From: an uncultured Bdellovibrionales bacterium | Lineage (GTDB): Bacteria; Patescibacteriota; Minisyncoccia; Moranbacterales; UBA1568 | Assembly (NCBI GenBank): GCA_964624415.1 | Contig: CAZUWR010000002.1 | Coordinates: 76,454-140,453 of the forward strand | DNA: 64,000 bases | Direction: 5' to 3' | In this document: in pieces, positions 37,516 to 48,300 of the stretch | Position numbering within the stretch: position 1 is the stretch's first letter | Layout of the letters: each line of letters begins with the position of its first letter | Position numbers and translations under genes: made by a program | Notes under the pieces: generated by a model | The model's database searches: none | What the model was told of the DNA's origin: nothing | The model's input: only the letters and a program-made list of their open reading frames with translations

Positions 37516-37965
37516 TCACCCTGCTTCGCGCAGCGTGCGCTGCATTCGGCGGGTATCGTCTTTTTTGGCTATGGAGTGGCGTTTGTCAAAGGATTTCTTG
37601 CCTTTTCCGACCGCGAACTCAAGCTTGAGAAGACGTCTTCTAGTATACACTCGAAGGGGCACAAGTGTCAAGCCTTGAACGCGGATTTTACCTATAAGAG
37701 AGCGGATTTCAGATTTCTTGAGCAGAAGCTTCCGGGATCGGGTCGGATCGTAGTGGACAAGCTTGCCTGCGAAGGGATAGGGCGGGATAAAGGCGTTGGT
37801 AAGGCATAGTTCAGAGCCCTTGATGGTGACATAGCTTCCTTTGAGGCTCAAATGGCCCGTTTTGACGGACTTAACCTCGTGTCCGAGCAGCACCAAACCA
37901 GCCTCATAGCGATCCAGAAGCTCATAATCGAAACCGGCCCGTTTGTTGACAGCGAGTGTTTTCAT
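37516..37965 (-). CDS. smpB: SsrA-binding protein SmpB
   Basis: NKRAGFDY, EAGLVLLGHEVKS, RKLLL, GKKSFDKR. Confidence 0.97.
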   Translation of the reverse strand: MKTLAVNKRAGFDYELLDRYEAGLVLLGHEVKSVKTGHLSLKGSYVTIKGSELCLTNAFIPPYPFAGKLVHYDPTRSRKLLLKKSEIRSLIGKIRVQGLTLVPLRVYTRRRLLKLEFAVGKGKKSFDKRHSIAKKDDTRRMQRTLREAG

Positions 37966-38049
37966 GGCCTTATGGTAGCACAAACAAGGGAAAAATGGAA
38001 GGGCGCCTCATATGGACTTTTTGGCGGGTTTGTTTTAGAATGGGTCTAT

Positions 38050-39675
38050 ATGAAGCATCAAATTGAACAATTGATCGGGAAGAGCATCGAAGCTCTTCAG
38101 CAGAGTGGTGTCTGGCCTGAGTTTGCTGTGCCTTCAATCGAGGTGACGCGGCCGAAAAGCGAGGCTTTCGGGGACTATACGACCAATATCGCTTTGGTAT
38201 TGGCGAAAGTGGTCGGAAAAAGCCCGATGGAAATCGCGACTGTTTTGAGGGATGAGATTGTGAAAAGTGCTCAAAATGATTCTGAGAGCATGATTGCGAC
38301 CGTTGAGGTGGCAGCGCCCGGATATATCAACTTCTCCTTTTCGCAGGGATATTTCGAGACTGTCATGACACGGATCATACAGGAGAAACACGCGTACGGT
38401 GACACTCAGGCCGGTGCCGGCATGAAAGTGAATAATGAGTTCATTTCCGCCAATCCGACCGGGCCGCTCACGGTAGGGAATGGTCGCGGAGGATTCTTTG
38501 GCGATTCTTTGGCGCGTATTTTGCGTAAGTCCGGATTTGATGTGACCAATGAATACTATGTCAATGATGCGGGTGAACAGGTGATGAAGCTTGGTCACAG
38601 CGTCCTGAAAGATGCCGAGGCGGTCTATGGCGGGGAGTATATTGAAAGTATCAATAAACAATTAACAAAAAACAATCAACACAAGACAGTGCGGGAAGCG
38701 GGCGAATGGGCGGCGCGGTTTGTACTGGAAGAATATATCCAAAAAACCGTTGCCGAAAAAATGCAGGTGAGCTTTGATGTCTGGATGTCTGAGAAAAAGC
38801 TCTTTGAAGAAGGCAATGTCGATAAGGCGATCGAGACATTGAAAGCGAAAGAACTGACGTTTGAGGTGGATGGTGCGCTGTGGTTTCGCTCGACGCAATT
38901 TGGTGATGACAAGGATCGTGTGCTGGTTAAAAGCGATGGGAATAAGACCTATTTTGCTTCCGACTGCGGGTATACCCTCTCTAAGATGGAGCGCGGGTTC
39001 ACACGCTTGATCGAAATCTGGGGAGCGGATCATCATGGATACATCAACCGTTTCAAGGCGGCTGCGCAGGCACTGGGGCTTCCTGATGATACGGTGCAGT
39101 TTCTGATCGTGCAGCTTGTGAAGGTGATGAAGGATGGCAAGGAGGTACGTATGAGCAAGCGCGCCGGCAATGTCGTCTTGATCGATGATCTGATCGAAGC
39201 GGTCGGTCACGATGTGACACGCTTCTTTTTCCTGATGTATGCGCCTGATACGCATATGAACTTCGACCTCGGTTTGGCGCAGGAACACTCGCAGAAAAAC
39301 CCGGTGTTTTATGTGCAGTACGCCCACGCGCGTATCGCGAGCATTTTGCGTAAGGCGGATGAAGCGGGAGCAATACTTGAGAATACAAGCACTGCTCAAG
39401 CATCCTGGCATGAGAAGGAGCTTTCGCTCGGCCGTCAGCTCGCGCTCTTTCCGGAGCTTGTTAGCAGTGTTTCACAGAGTTATGAAGTGCATAAGATCCC
39501 GCATTATGCTATCGGATTGGCAGATGCATTTCATTCGTTTTACAATGATTGCAAAGTGATCGATGAAGAACACCCGGACGTGACCGCGAGGCGTTTGCGG
39601 ATAGTTTCAGCGACCAAAATCGTGCTGGCGGAGACTTTGCGCCTCATCGGTGTCGACGCCCCAGAGAAAATGTAA
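38050..39675 (+). CDS. argS: Arginine--tRNA ligase
   Basis: FGDY, EFISANPTGPL, WGADHHGY, MSKRAG, YVQYAHAR, APEKM. Confidence 0.98.
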   Translation: MKHQIEQLIGKSIEALQQSGVWPEFAVPSIEVTRPKSEAFGDYTTNIALVLAKVVGKSPMEIATVLRDEIVKSAQNDSESMIATVEVAAPGYINFSFSQGYFETVMTRIIQEKHAYGDTQAGAGMKVNNEFISANPTGPLTVGNGRGGFFGDSLARILRKSGFDVTNEYYVNDAGEQVMKLGHSVLKDAEAVYGGEYIESINKQLTKNNQHKTVREAGEWAARFVLEEYIQKTVAEKMQVSFDVWMSEKKLFEEGNVDKAIETLKAKELTFEVDGALWFRSTQFGDDKDRVLVKSDGNKTYFASDCGYTLSKMERGFTRLIEIWGADHHGYINRFKAAAQALGLPDDTVQFLIVQLVKVMKDGKEVRMSKRAGNVVLIDDLIEAVGHDVTRFFFLMYAPDTHMNFDLGLAQEHSQKNPVFYVQYAHARIASILRKADEAGAILENTSTAQASWHEKELSLGRQLALFPELVSSVSQSYEVHKIPHYAIGLADAFHSFYNDCKVIDEEHPDVTARRLRIVSATKIVLAETLRLIGVDAPEKM

Positions 39676-39949
39676 TCATTTTAACGTCTCTTTGTATGCT
39701 CAATGACCCAAAAACTGATCTTTTCCCTTTTGCTCTTATCATCACGATAGTGACCGTATTGTTTTTTGCGGGAGCGCTTCTTTTGGATATGACAAAGTAG
39801 TGACGTGGTTTCCACAATAGACAGCTTTGAAACCGAGCTGTTTTTTTGTACGCCTCGATGAGTGATAAAAAACTTCGGAGAGATGGACAAAACCCGCTGA
39901 AAGTGTTAGCCTAAAGAGAATCCTTTATGACCCATAATCCTCCATCCGT

Positions 39950-41041
39950 ATGAAACGAAACCTCATTATCGCCGCCATTCTCGTAGTTGGTAGTATAGTC
40001 CTTTACCGCGTGATGCATACTGCTCCGTCGGATACAGCGACGCCATCGGAAGTACCAGCAATAACGCATGTCTCGGTTGTGCCAGTCGCTTCCGGCAATG
40101 CCGCATCTCGCGATACGAGCTATCAGGCATCCGTGGAGAGCATACAGAACACGGCCGTCAAAGCGTTTTCTTCCGGAACACTGACCAGCCTGCGCGTGCG
40201 TTTGGGCGATCGCGTCTCCGTCGGGCAGGTCTTGGCGACTGTCGAGAATCCGGCAAGCAGCGTAGATGTGTCCGATGCTTCTGTGCGCAATGCGGATATC
40301 AATCAAGCGCAGATCACAGTCGATTTGATGAAGAAAGCATATCAGGAGGCGCGGCGTGTCTATGATAATGATCACACGCATGCCAACGAACTGGCAAAAA
40401 AATCCGCGCAATTGCGATACGAGAGCGCGCAGGTGGCGTTGCAATCTTTGCTCGACGGACACATCGTCAAAAGCCCTGTAGCAGGCACGGTGACTTCTTT
40501 GCCGGGAAGCGTCAATAGCACGGTTTCAGTAGGACAAGATATCGCGACTATCGGTTTGCCGGAGAATGCCAAAGTGATTTTCTTTGTGAGTCAGTCGCAG
40601 TTGTCCGATATCGCGCTCGGGAAAAAAGTGATGATACAGGGAAATGATCAAACGGTGAATGGTACGATCACACGTATCGCTCCGCAGGCCGATGCTTCGA
40701 CGGGAAAGTTCTTCATTGAAGTGCATCCAGAGACTTTGAAGGGGAAAGGATTGCTTCCGGGGACAAGCGCTAAGGTTTCCGTACCGACACAGGTGACGGC
40801 CAATGACGCATCGATGGTGCTTCCGCTCGAAGCATTGCTTATCGGGCAAAACACCAATGCGATCTTTGTTATTCATACGGGCGAGACCGTCGTGCACAAG
40901 GTCACGGCGGATATTGTGAGCATTAAGGGCGGCGTGGCGGAAATACGCACGCGCGATATGGATGCTGCCGATAGCATTGTCACCTCGAATGTACACAGTC
41001 TTGATGACGGCGAAACAGTGGTTATTGAAGGTAATAAATAA
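39950..41041 (+). CDS. RND efflux periplasmic adaptor subunit
   Basis: N-terminal anchor, GDRVSVGQVL, KSPVAGTV. Confidence 0.85.
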   Translation: MKRNLIIAAILVVGSIVLYRVMHTAPSDTATPSEVPAITHVSVVPVASGNAASRDTSYQASVESIQNTAVKAFSSGTLTSLRVRLGDRVSVGQVLATVENPASSVDVSDASVRNADINQAQITVDLMKKAYQEARRVYDNDHTHANELAKKSAQLRYESAQVALQSLLDGHIVKSPVAGTVTSLPGSVNSTVSVGQDIATIGLPENAKVIFFVSQSQLSDIALGKKVMIQGNDQTVNGTITRIAPQADASTGKFFIEVHPETLKGKGLLPGTSAKVSVPTQVTANDASMVLPLEALLIGQNTNAIFVIHTGETVVHKVTADIVSIKGGVAEIRTRDMDAADSIVTSNVHSLDDGETVVIEGNK

Positions 41042-41047
41042 ACAGTT

Positions 41048-44000
41048 ATGCATAAACAACCGCAAGAACAACTTTCCTCCGATCAATCCTATTTGGCCCG
41101 ATTGCAATTCAATCCGCGTCTTCGTAAAAGCATCTTCAATTTCTTTGTAGTCAATTTCCGCGTGGTGTTGCTTATGATCGCCGCCTTGACCGCATGGGGT
41201 ATGTATTCATATCAGCAGTTGCCGCGCGAGTCCAATCCGGAAATCAAGATACCGGTGGCTATCGTGAACACCTCGTACCCGGGAGCATCTCCCACCGATG
41301 TGGAGGATCTTGTGACTAAGAAACTGGAAACAGCTATCTCCGGATTGCGCGGTATCAAAAAAATTACTTCTTCTTCGGCCACATCCGTCTCCACTATCAG
41401 TGTTGAATTTGAAGCAGGGGAAGATGTGAAGGATTCTATCCGGACGCTTCGTGACAAAGTCATCGATGTGAAAAGCACATTGCCAAGTGAAGCTAAAGAC
41501 CCGGTCGTACAGGAAGTTTCTTTTGATGATCAGCCGATACTTACGATGGCATTGACGGGTCCGTATGACGGCCTGACCATGCGGCACTATGCGGATGATA
41601 TCAAGAAGGAACTCGAAAAAGTATCCGGTGTCCGGGAGGTGCGGGTATCCGGCGGTGATGAGATAGAATTCTCCATCGCGTATGATCAGAACAAACTTTT
41701 GGCCTATGGTATTTCACTGGCGCAAGCCAATCAAGCGGTCGCAAGTGCCAATATGACGCTCCCGAGCGGTACGATTGATAACAACGGTTTCACGTATTCG
41801 GTGCGTACGGATGCAAGGATATTCGATGCGCAGGCTTTGGGCGACACGCCGCTGGTTAGTCACGGCAATGGCAATACTTTGTATCTGAAGGATGTCGCTA
41901 CCGTCGAGGAAAAGGCTATCAAAAGAACGGTATTGTCACGCATTTCCTCGCACGGTTCGCAGCCTCAGGATGCGGTGACGATCAGCATTATCAAACGCTC
42001 AGGAGGATCGATCATCAATACCGTCGATCAATCCAAGTCCATTGTGGAAGCAGCTATCACCAAACTGCCATCGGGCATTTCGTATGACACGACCACCAAT
42101 TTGGGCACGCGCATCCGTAAGGACTTCACCCAGCTCGGGCATGATTTCTTGGTGACCGTGATACTGGTGATGATCACGCTTTTTGCGTTGGTTGGTTTTA
42201 AGGAGGCTTTGATCGCGGGGCTGGCAATACCGTTGGTATTTTTCTCGACTTTCGGAGTGATGCTTATGACCGGTGTGAGCCTCAACTTTCTCTCGCTTTT
42301 TTCATTGCTCTTGGCGCTTGGACTCTTGGTGGACGATGCTATCGTGGTGGTATCGGCGACGAAGCAGTACCTGCGTACGGGAAAATTCACGCCGGAAGAA
42401 GCCGTGCTCCTCGTACTTAATGATTTTAAAATAGTCCTCACCACGACGACGCTGGCGACGGTGTGGGCGTTTTTACCATTGCTTTTGGCATCGGGTATGA
42501 TGGGAGAGTTTCTTAAGTCGATCCCGATCACGGTTTCGGTGGTACTGACCGCGTCGCTATTGGTCGCGCTTTTTATCAATCATCCACTGGCCGCATTGCT
42601 CGAGCGCATACGATTGACGAAAGGCATCTTTTGGTCGATGGTAGCGATTTTGGTTGGACTCGGTATATTTTTGATACAGCAGCACACTCTATGGGGATAT
42701 GCGAGCGCGGTCGTAATCGCGATCGGCGTCCTGGCGATACTCGTGTGGTATCGAAGGTATAGGGATGTCTTGCTCAATAACACACGATTGGTCGCGCTCG
42801 AGTGGCGAAGCGACGAGGCTATCAAAGAAAAATTGCGCGCCGCCGGTGCTCACGAGGATACGTCTTTGGGCAGTCGATTGATGCATGGCATCGTGCGTTT
42901 TGAGCGTATCGTGCCGGTCTATGAAAAGTACCTGCGCGCGGTTGTGTTTCAGAAAGCGAATCGTATTAAGATGCTTGTTTTTACGGCGATAGTCTTCGTG
43001 CTTGCGGTATTGTTGCCTGTGAGCGGTATCGTGCGCACGGAGTTTTTTCCTGTGTCCGATCAGGAGTATATCTTTATCAATATCACTGCGCCGACCGGTC
43101 TGCAGCTCAATCAAACCGATTACATCGTCGAAAAAGTCGAGCAGGATTTGCGTCAGTATCCGGAGATTGTGAATTTCTCGACGACCGTGGGTCAGGCGGG
43201 AGCATCGCAGAATCGAGCGGGTTCGATAAGTCGGCCGTCATCCAATCTCGCTTCATTCGTCGTGACACTTTCCGATCCGAAAGAACGAACCGTGCCTTCA
43301 TACACTTTAGCCGAAACAATGCGCGAGCACCTCAAGGACATTACGGAAGCGCAGGTTTCCGTCGAGTCACAGCAAAGCGGACCGCCGTCTGGAGCTTCGT
43401 TTGAGGCGCGTGTCACGGGGGATGATTTGCAAAAACTCGATAGCATCACCAAGGATCTGCAAGTATTCCTGCACGATATTCCTGGTGTCATCAATATCGA
43501 CTCGTCGCTGCGTGAGGCACCGGCAGATTATACTTTTACGCTCGATCCGCAAAAACTCTCCGCGTACGGACTGAGTGCTGCACAGGTGGGATCGGTACTT
43601 CGTACAGCGCTCTTTGGTACCGAGGTGAGTACCGTGCTCAAGAATAACGACGAGTACAAAATTATCGCGCGCTTCGACGATGCGCAGGTCGCCAATCTTG
43701 ACGCGCTCAGCGATGTGCAAATCATGAACGCGCAGGGCAAGGCGATAGCCCTTCGGGATGTGGCAACCATCGAACTTAAACCGTCCATCAATGCTATCTC
43801 GCGTATCGATCAGAAACGCGCGGTGCTGCTCACGGCGGGCGTCGACACGACTACCAAGCCAGCCGATGTCCTGGCAGCATTCCAGAAGCGAGTCGCGAAA
43901 GAGTATCCGCTCCCAACCGGGTACGACATCATCTATGGCGGAGAGAATGAACAGAATCAGGAATCAGTATTTTCGATCCTGCGCGCTTTGGTCATTGCTA

Positions 44001-44455
44001 TCATCCTGATCATCGTGACGATGGTGGTGCAGTTCAATTCGTTTCGACAGTCGGCCATCGTGCTCGTGACACTACCATTGGCGCTTATCGGTGTGTTCGT
44101 CGGTATGGCGATATTCCGCGTCCCGCTCAGTTTCCCCGGGCTCATCGGTATCCTCGCGCTCTTCGGTATCGTGGTGAAAAACGCTATCATCCTGATCGAC
44201 AAGATGAATCTCAATCTCAAGAGTGGCATCGCCTTCGATGAGGCGATCGTGGATGCGGGCAAGTCACGTATCGAAGCGATTATCATCACGTCGTTGTGTA
44301 CTATCCTCGGCATCATCCCTATCACCCTTTCCAACGCGCTCTGGCAGGCGCTTGGCTCTGCGGTCATCTTCGGTCTCATCTTCTCCTCGTTCCTCACGCT
44401 TTTCATCGTCCCGATACTGTTTTATATGTCGATGAGGAAAAAGGCATCGAATTGA
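41048..44455 (+). CDS. RND efflux permease (AcrB/D/F family)
   Basis: YPGASP, GLLVDDAIVV, GIVVKNAIILID. Confidence 0.95.
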   Translation: MHKQPQEQLSSDQSYLARLQFNPRLRKSIFNFFVVNFRVVLLMIAALTAWGMYSYQQLPRESNPEIKIPVAIVNTSYPGASPTDVEDLVTKKLETAISGLRGIKKITSSSATSVSTISVEFEAGEDVKDSIRTLRDKVIDVKSTLPSEAKDPVVQEVSFDDQPILTMALTGPYDGLTMRHYADDIKKELEKVSGVREVRVSGGDEIEFSIAYDQNKLLAYGISLAQANQAVASANMTLPSGTIDNNGFTYSVRTDARIFDAQALGDTPLVSHGNGNTLYLKDVATVEEKAIKRTVLSRISSHGSQPQDAVTISIIKRSGGSIINTVDQSKSIVEAAITKLPSGISYDTTTNLGTRIRKDFTQLGHDFLVTVILVMITLFALVGFKEALIAGLAIPLVFFSTFGVMLMTGVSLNFLSLFSLLLALGLLVDDAIVVVSATKQYLRTGKFTPEEAVLLVLNDFKIVLTTTTLATVWAFLPLLLASGMMGEFLKSIPITVSVVLTASLLVALFINHPLAALLERIRLTKGIFWSMVAILVGLGIFLIQQHTLWGYASAVVIAIGVLAILVWYRRYRDVLLNNTRLVALEWRSDEAIKEKLRAAGAHEDTSLGSRLMHGIVRFERIVPVYEKYLRAVVFQKANRIKMLVFTAIVFVLAVLLPVSGIVRTEFFPVSDQEYIFINITAPTGLQLNQTDYIVEKVEQDLRQYPEIVNFSTTVGQAGASQNRAGSISRPSSNLASFVVTLSDPKERTVPSYTLAETMREHLKDITEAQVSVESQQSGPPSGASFEARVTGDDLQKLDSITKDLQVFLHDIPGVINIDSSLREAPADYTFTLDPQKLSAYGLSAAQVGSVLRTALFGTEVSTVLKNNDEYKIIARFDDAQVANLDALSDVQIMNAQGKAIALRDVATIELKPSINAISRIDQKRAVLLTAGVDTTTKPADVLAAFQKRVAKEYPLPTGYDIIYGGENEQNQESVFSILRALVIAIILIIVTMVVQFNSFRQSAIVLVTLPLALIGVFVGMAIFRVPLSFPGLIGILALFGIVVKNAIILIDKMNLNLKSGIAFDEAIVDAGKSRIEAIIITSLCTILGIIPITLSNALWQALGSAVIFGLIFSSFLTLFIVPILFYMSMRKKASN

Positions 44456-44498
44456 TTTTTTTCGGTTCGGGTGCTATGGTAGAAGTACAATCACAGAA

Positions 44499-44786
44499 GC
44501 TATGATGGAGGTATCGCTCCGGAGCTATGGAAAGAAAACTTAATTTGTCATCCTGAGCGTAGTCGAAGGATCTGGCGTATAGAGGTAAAGATTCCTCGAC
44601 TACGCTCGGAATGACACTCAAGTGAGTAGACTCCATCGGGTAGGCCCGTAACAGCCGTCAATGAAGGATAGTTTCCTCTCAAAAATTCTTGATTATTGGA
44701 ATTTGATGATTGGTTATTATCGAAAAAAGGTGGTACCACGATTTATTCGTCCTTAATGCGTTTTCGCATTGAGGATTTTTTGTTTT
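44499..44786 (+). promoter_or_regulatory. Ile T-box riboswitch (transcriptional, ultrashort Stem I)
   Basis: ATC in loop 44513-44515, GAA/AGTA stem II, CCCGTAA, AAGGTGGTACCACG antiterminator 44727-44754, terminator 44750-44786; upstream of ileS. Confidence 0.85.
44546..44616. repeat. REP-like palindrome inserted in T-box Stem II
   Basis: tgtcatcctgagcgtagtcgaaggatct ... agattcctcgactacgctcggaatgaca. Confidence 0.8.
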
Positions 44787-44842
44787 GTGACGATGCGCCA
44801 CGTTAGCGTTATTTTGAAGAAGTTAATAAATAGAATATTTTT

Positions 44843-45286
44843 ATGGAAGGAATAAAACCGACAACTATTTCTGTCGCGCTTGTTATGTACAATGAGGATC
44901 GGTCAAAATTTCTTGTCGTGAAACGTCCGGAGGACGATCCTGCTATGGCTGGTCACTGGGGTTTTCCTGCGGCATCAAAAAAGAATCCGGATGAAGCGTG
45001 GGAAGATGTAATCGCGCGAGCAGCACAAACGAAGCTTGGTGTGGAAGTAGAGATAACTAAGATGCTCGGAGAGGATACGATCGATAGGGGCGCATACATT
45101 TTGATTCTAAGGGATTATGAAGTCAAAATAACCAAAGGACAACCGCACGTGCCTCAAAAGAGTGAAGGAACAACTCAGTATATTGAGCAGAAATGGACGG
45201 ATGATGTCGCTGATCTGCAGAAATCGGCCAGGGAGGGGCCGCTGTGTTCCAGGGTTTTCCTGCGAACGAAGGGCATTACATGGTAA
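44843..45286 (+). CDS. NUDIX-fold hydrolase (degenerate Nudix box)
   Basis: FLVVKR, GHWGFPA...DEAWED...RAAQTKLGV. Confidence 0.7.
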   Translation: MEGIKPTTISVALVMYNEDRSKFLVVKRPEDDPAMAGHWGFPAASKKNPDEAWEDVIARAAQTKLGVEVEITKMLGEDTIDRGAYILILRDYEVKITKGQPHVPQKSEGTTQYIEQKWTDDVADLQKSAREGPLCSRVFLRTKGITW

Positions 45287-45305
45287 ATAGTGTATAAGCA
45301 AACCT

Positions 45306-48300
45306 ATGAAAAAAGTGGATGTTCGGCAGTCGCTGCCCAAGATGGAAGAGGAAGTCTTGAAGTACTGGTCGGAAGAAAAAATATTTGAGAAGTCAATCAA
45401 TAATCGTGCCGACGCTCCCGTGTACAGCTTCTACGACGGGCCGCCTTTCGCGACCGGGACGCCGCACTACGGGCACTTGGTAGCAAGTGCGCTCAAGGAC
45501 GCCGTGCCACGCTATTGGACGATGCGCGGGTTTTCGGTGGAGCGCAAGTGGGGCTGGGATTGCCATGGACTGCCGATCGAAAACATCGCCGAGAAAGCGC
45601 TGGGCGTGAAGCATAAGAAAGATATCGAAGAGATGGGTGTGGAGAAGTTCAACGAATTTTGTCGATCGACAGTATTGGAATATGTGGATGATTGGAAGAA
45701 AGTCATCACCCGCTTCGGACGATGGGCGGATATGGAGCACGCCTACAAGACGATGGACAAGGACTATATGGAATCGGTCTGGTGGGTGTTCAAGCAGCTT
45801 TGGGACAAGGGGCTTATCTATGAGAGCTATCGGATCATGCATGTCTGCACCCGCTGCGAGACGACGCTGTCGCAGTCCGAGGTGAGCGAAGGATATACGG
45901 ACGTGAAGGATCTGTCGGCGACGGTGAAATTTGAACTGGTCGACGAACCGGGTACATTTGTCTTGGCTTGGACGACAACCCCTTGGACGTTGCCGGGGAA
46001 TGTGGCTTTGGCGGTGGGGGAGGATATTGAGTATGTAAAAGTAAAAGATACTTGGTTTGAATTGTTCAAAGAAGAAGGGAAAGAGGGTAAGTTTTTCACG
46101 GAATATATTATTCTCTCCAAAACCGCCTTTCATAACGGACTTTATAATAAGGCGCTCGAAAATGGAAAACATGTTCGAGGGTTTCATAATACACAACCAG
46201 AGGTTATTGAAACATTTAGAGGATCAGAATTAGTTGGTAAAAAATACACCCCGCCATTTGATTCATATTACACAGATGAGACATTGAAAGACCGTGAGAA
46301 TGGGTGGAAAATTGTCCATGCGGATTTTGTGACGACCGATATGGGAACGGGCATTGCACACGAAGCACCGGCCTTTGGTGATGATGATTGGGAATTACTC
46401 AAGAAAGAACACTTGCCATTCGTGCAGCATGTCAATCTCGATGGGACGATTAAGGCTGAAGTGAAAGAATTGGCAGGACTTTCTGTGAAATCCAAAGAAA
46501 ACCCGCAAGCGACGGATATCGAAGTCATCAAATACCTTGCCGGTAAAGGACTGCTTTTTGCGAAAGAAAAATACGAGCACAGCTATCCGCACTGCTGGCG
46601 CTGCGATACCCCGCTTATTAATTATGCGACGAGCTCGTGGTTCGTGAAGGTGACGGACGTGAAAGAAAAAGCCCTAAAGACGGCGAAGGAAATCGAATGG
46701 TCACCCGAGCATGTGAAGGCGGGGCGCTTCGGCAAGTGGCTCGAAGGCGCGCGCGACTGGTCTATCAGCCGGCAGCGGTTTTGGGCGAGCGTGATGCCGG
46801 TGTGGAAATGTGACGGCAATCAACAATCAACACAGAACAATCAACAGGGATGCGGCTGGGTAAAAGTTTTTGAGTCGACAAAAGATTTGTGGGCGGTTAG
46901 CGGTGTTGAGATTAATGACTTGCATAAACACATCGTTGATAAAATAACATTTCCGTGTGAGCAATGTAATGGCACCATGAAGCGCATTCCCGATGTGCTC
47001 GACACCTGGTTTGATAGTGGTTCGATGCCGTATGCGCAGATGCACTATATGGGTGAAGGAAGCGAGAATGCGGAAAAATTCGAGAAGAGTTTCCCGGCAC
47101 AGTTTATCGCCGAAGGTATCGATCAGACCCGTGCCTGGTTTTACTACCTGCACATCCTGAGTGCAGCCTTGATGGAAAAGCCTGCCTTCAAACACGTAAT
47201 CGTCAACGGCATCGTCCAGGCGGAGGATGGCAAGAAAATGTCCAAGCGTCTCAACAATTATCCCGATCCAATGCTGATGTTTGAGAAACACGGCGCGGAC
47301 GCGATGCGGCTCTACCTGCTTTCTTCGCCGATCGTTTCGGCCGAAAACCTCAATTTTTCTGAAAAGGATATGTCGGAAATCTCGCGCAATGTTTTCCGTA
47401 TGCTGTGGAATTCATATTCGTTTTTTGTGATGTATGCGGAAATTGATGGATGGGCTCCTTCGCAATCAACAATCAACAATCAGCAATCAACAAAGAATAT
47501 ACTCGATAGGTGGATGTTGTCCGAACTGCAGTTGCTGATCAAGGAAGTGAACGGGTATATGGAAGGGTATGATATGATGCGGTCGACACGCGCTTTTGCA
47601 CCGTTTATCGACCACCTATCCAACTGGTATATCCGTCGTTCCCGCAAGCGCTTCTGGAAGTCCGAAGATGACAGTGACAAGAATGCGGCCTATCAGACTT
47701 TGCATACCGTGCTGGTGACGCTCGCCAAGCTGATGGCGCCGTTCACGCCGTTCATCGCCGAAGAAATCTACCGCAACCTGACGGGCGAGGAGTCCGTACA
47801 CCTGACTGATTATCCTGTGGCGGATGAGGGGTTGATTGATGAGCAGTTGAATGAGAATATGCAACACGCACGTTTTATCGTGACGGTTGGATTGAAATTT
47901 CGCGCTGATCAAAAAGTAAAAGTAAGGCAACCGCTTTTGTCGGTTACGGCGCGTCCAATTGAAAAAGAGTTGCAAGATATCGTGACAGATGAGTTAAACG
48001 TGAAACAATACATCAGTCAGGAAGGTATGGATGGACTTGTCCAACTTGATCTCACCATCACCCCCGAACTCAAAAAAGAAGGACAGGCGAGGGAAATCAT
48101 CCGCTTTATCCAAGAGACACGCAAGGAAGCGGGATTTGAGGTGGATGACCGTATCGAGGTGGGGTATGAGGGATTCGAGACCATCTTTGATACCGCCGAG
48201 CTCAGAGACCTTATCGCCAAGGAAGTCCTCGCGGAAAAAGGTCTGCGCGCAGGCGAGATAGCCCAGACGGATATTGCCAAAGAAACTACTATCGATGGCG

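Noticed and set aside
37852-38049. Extended ArgS start
   Set aside because: Overlaps smpB on the opposite strand; promoter-like TAGAAT and ATG at 38050 fit better
39681-39890. 69-aa minus-strand ORF between argS and the RND genes
   Set aside because: TTG start, no SD, no recognisable motif or protein-like composition
39950-44455. RND pump without TolC as a novelty
   Set aside because: Adaptor plus permease without an outer-membrane factor is common in monoderm-type bacteria
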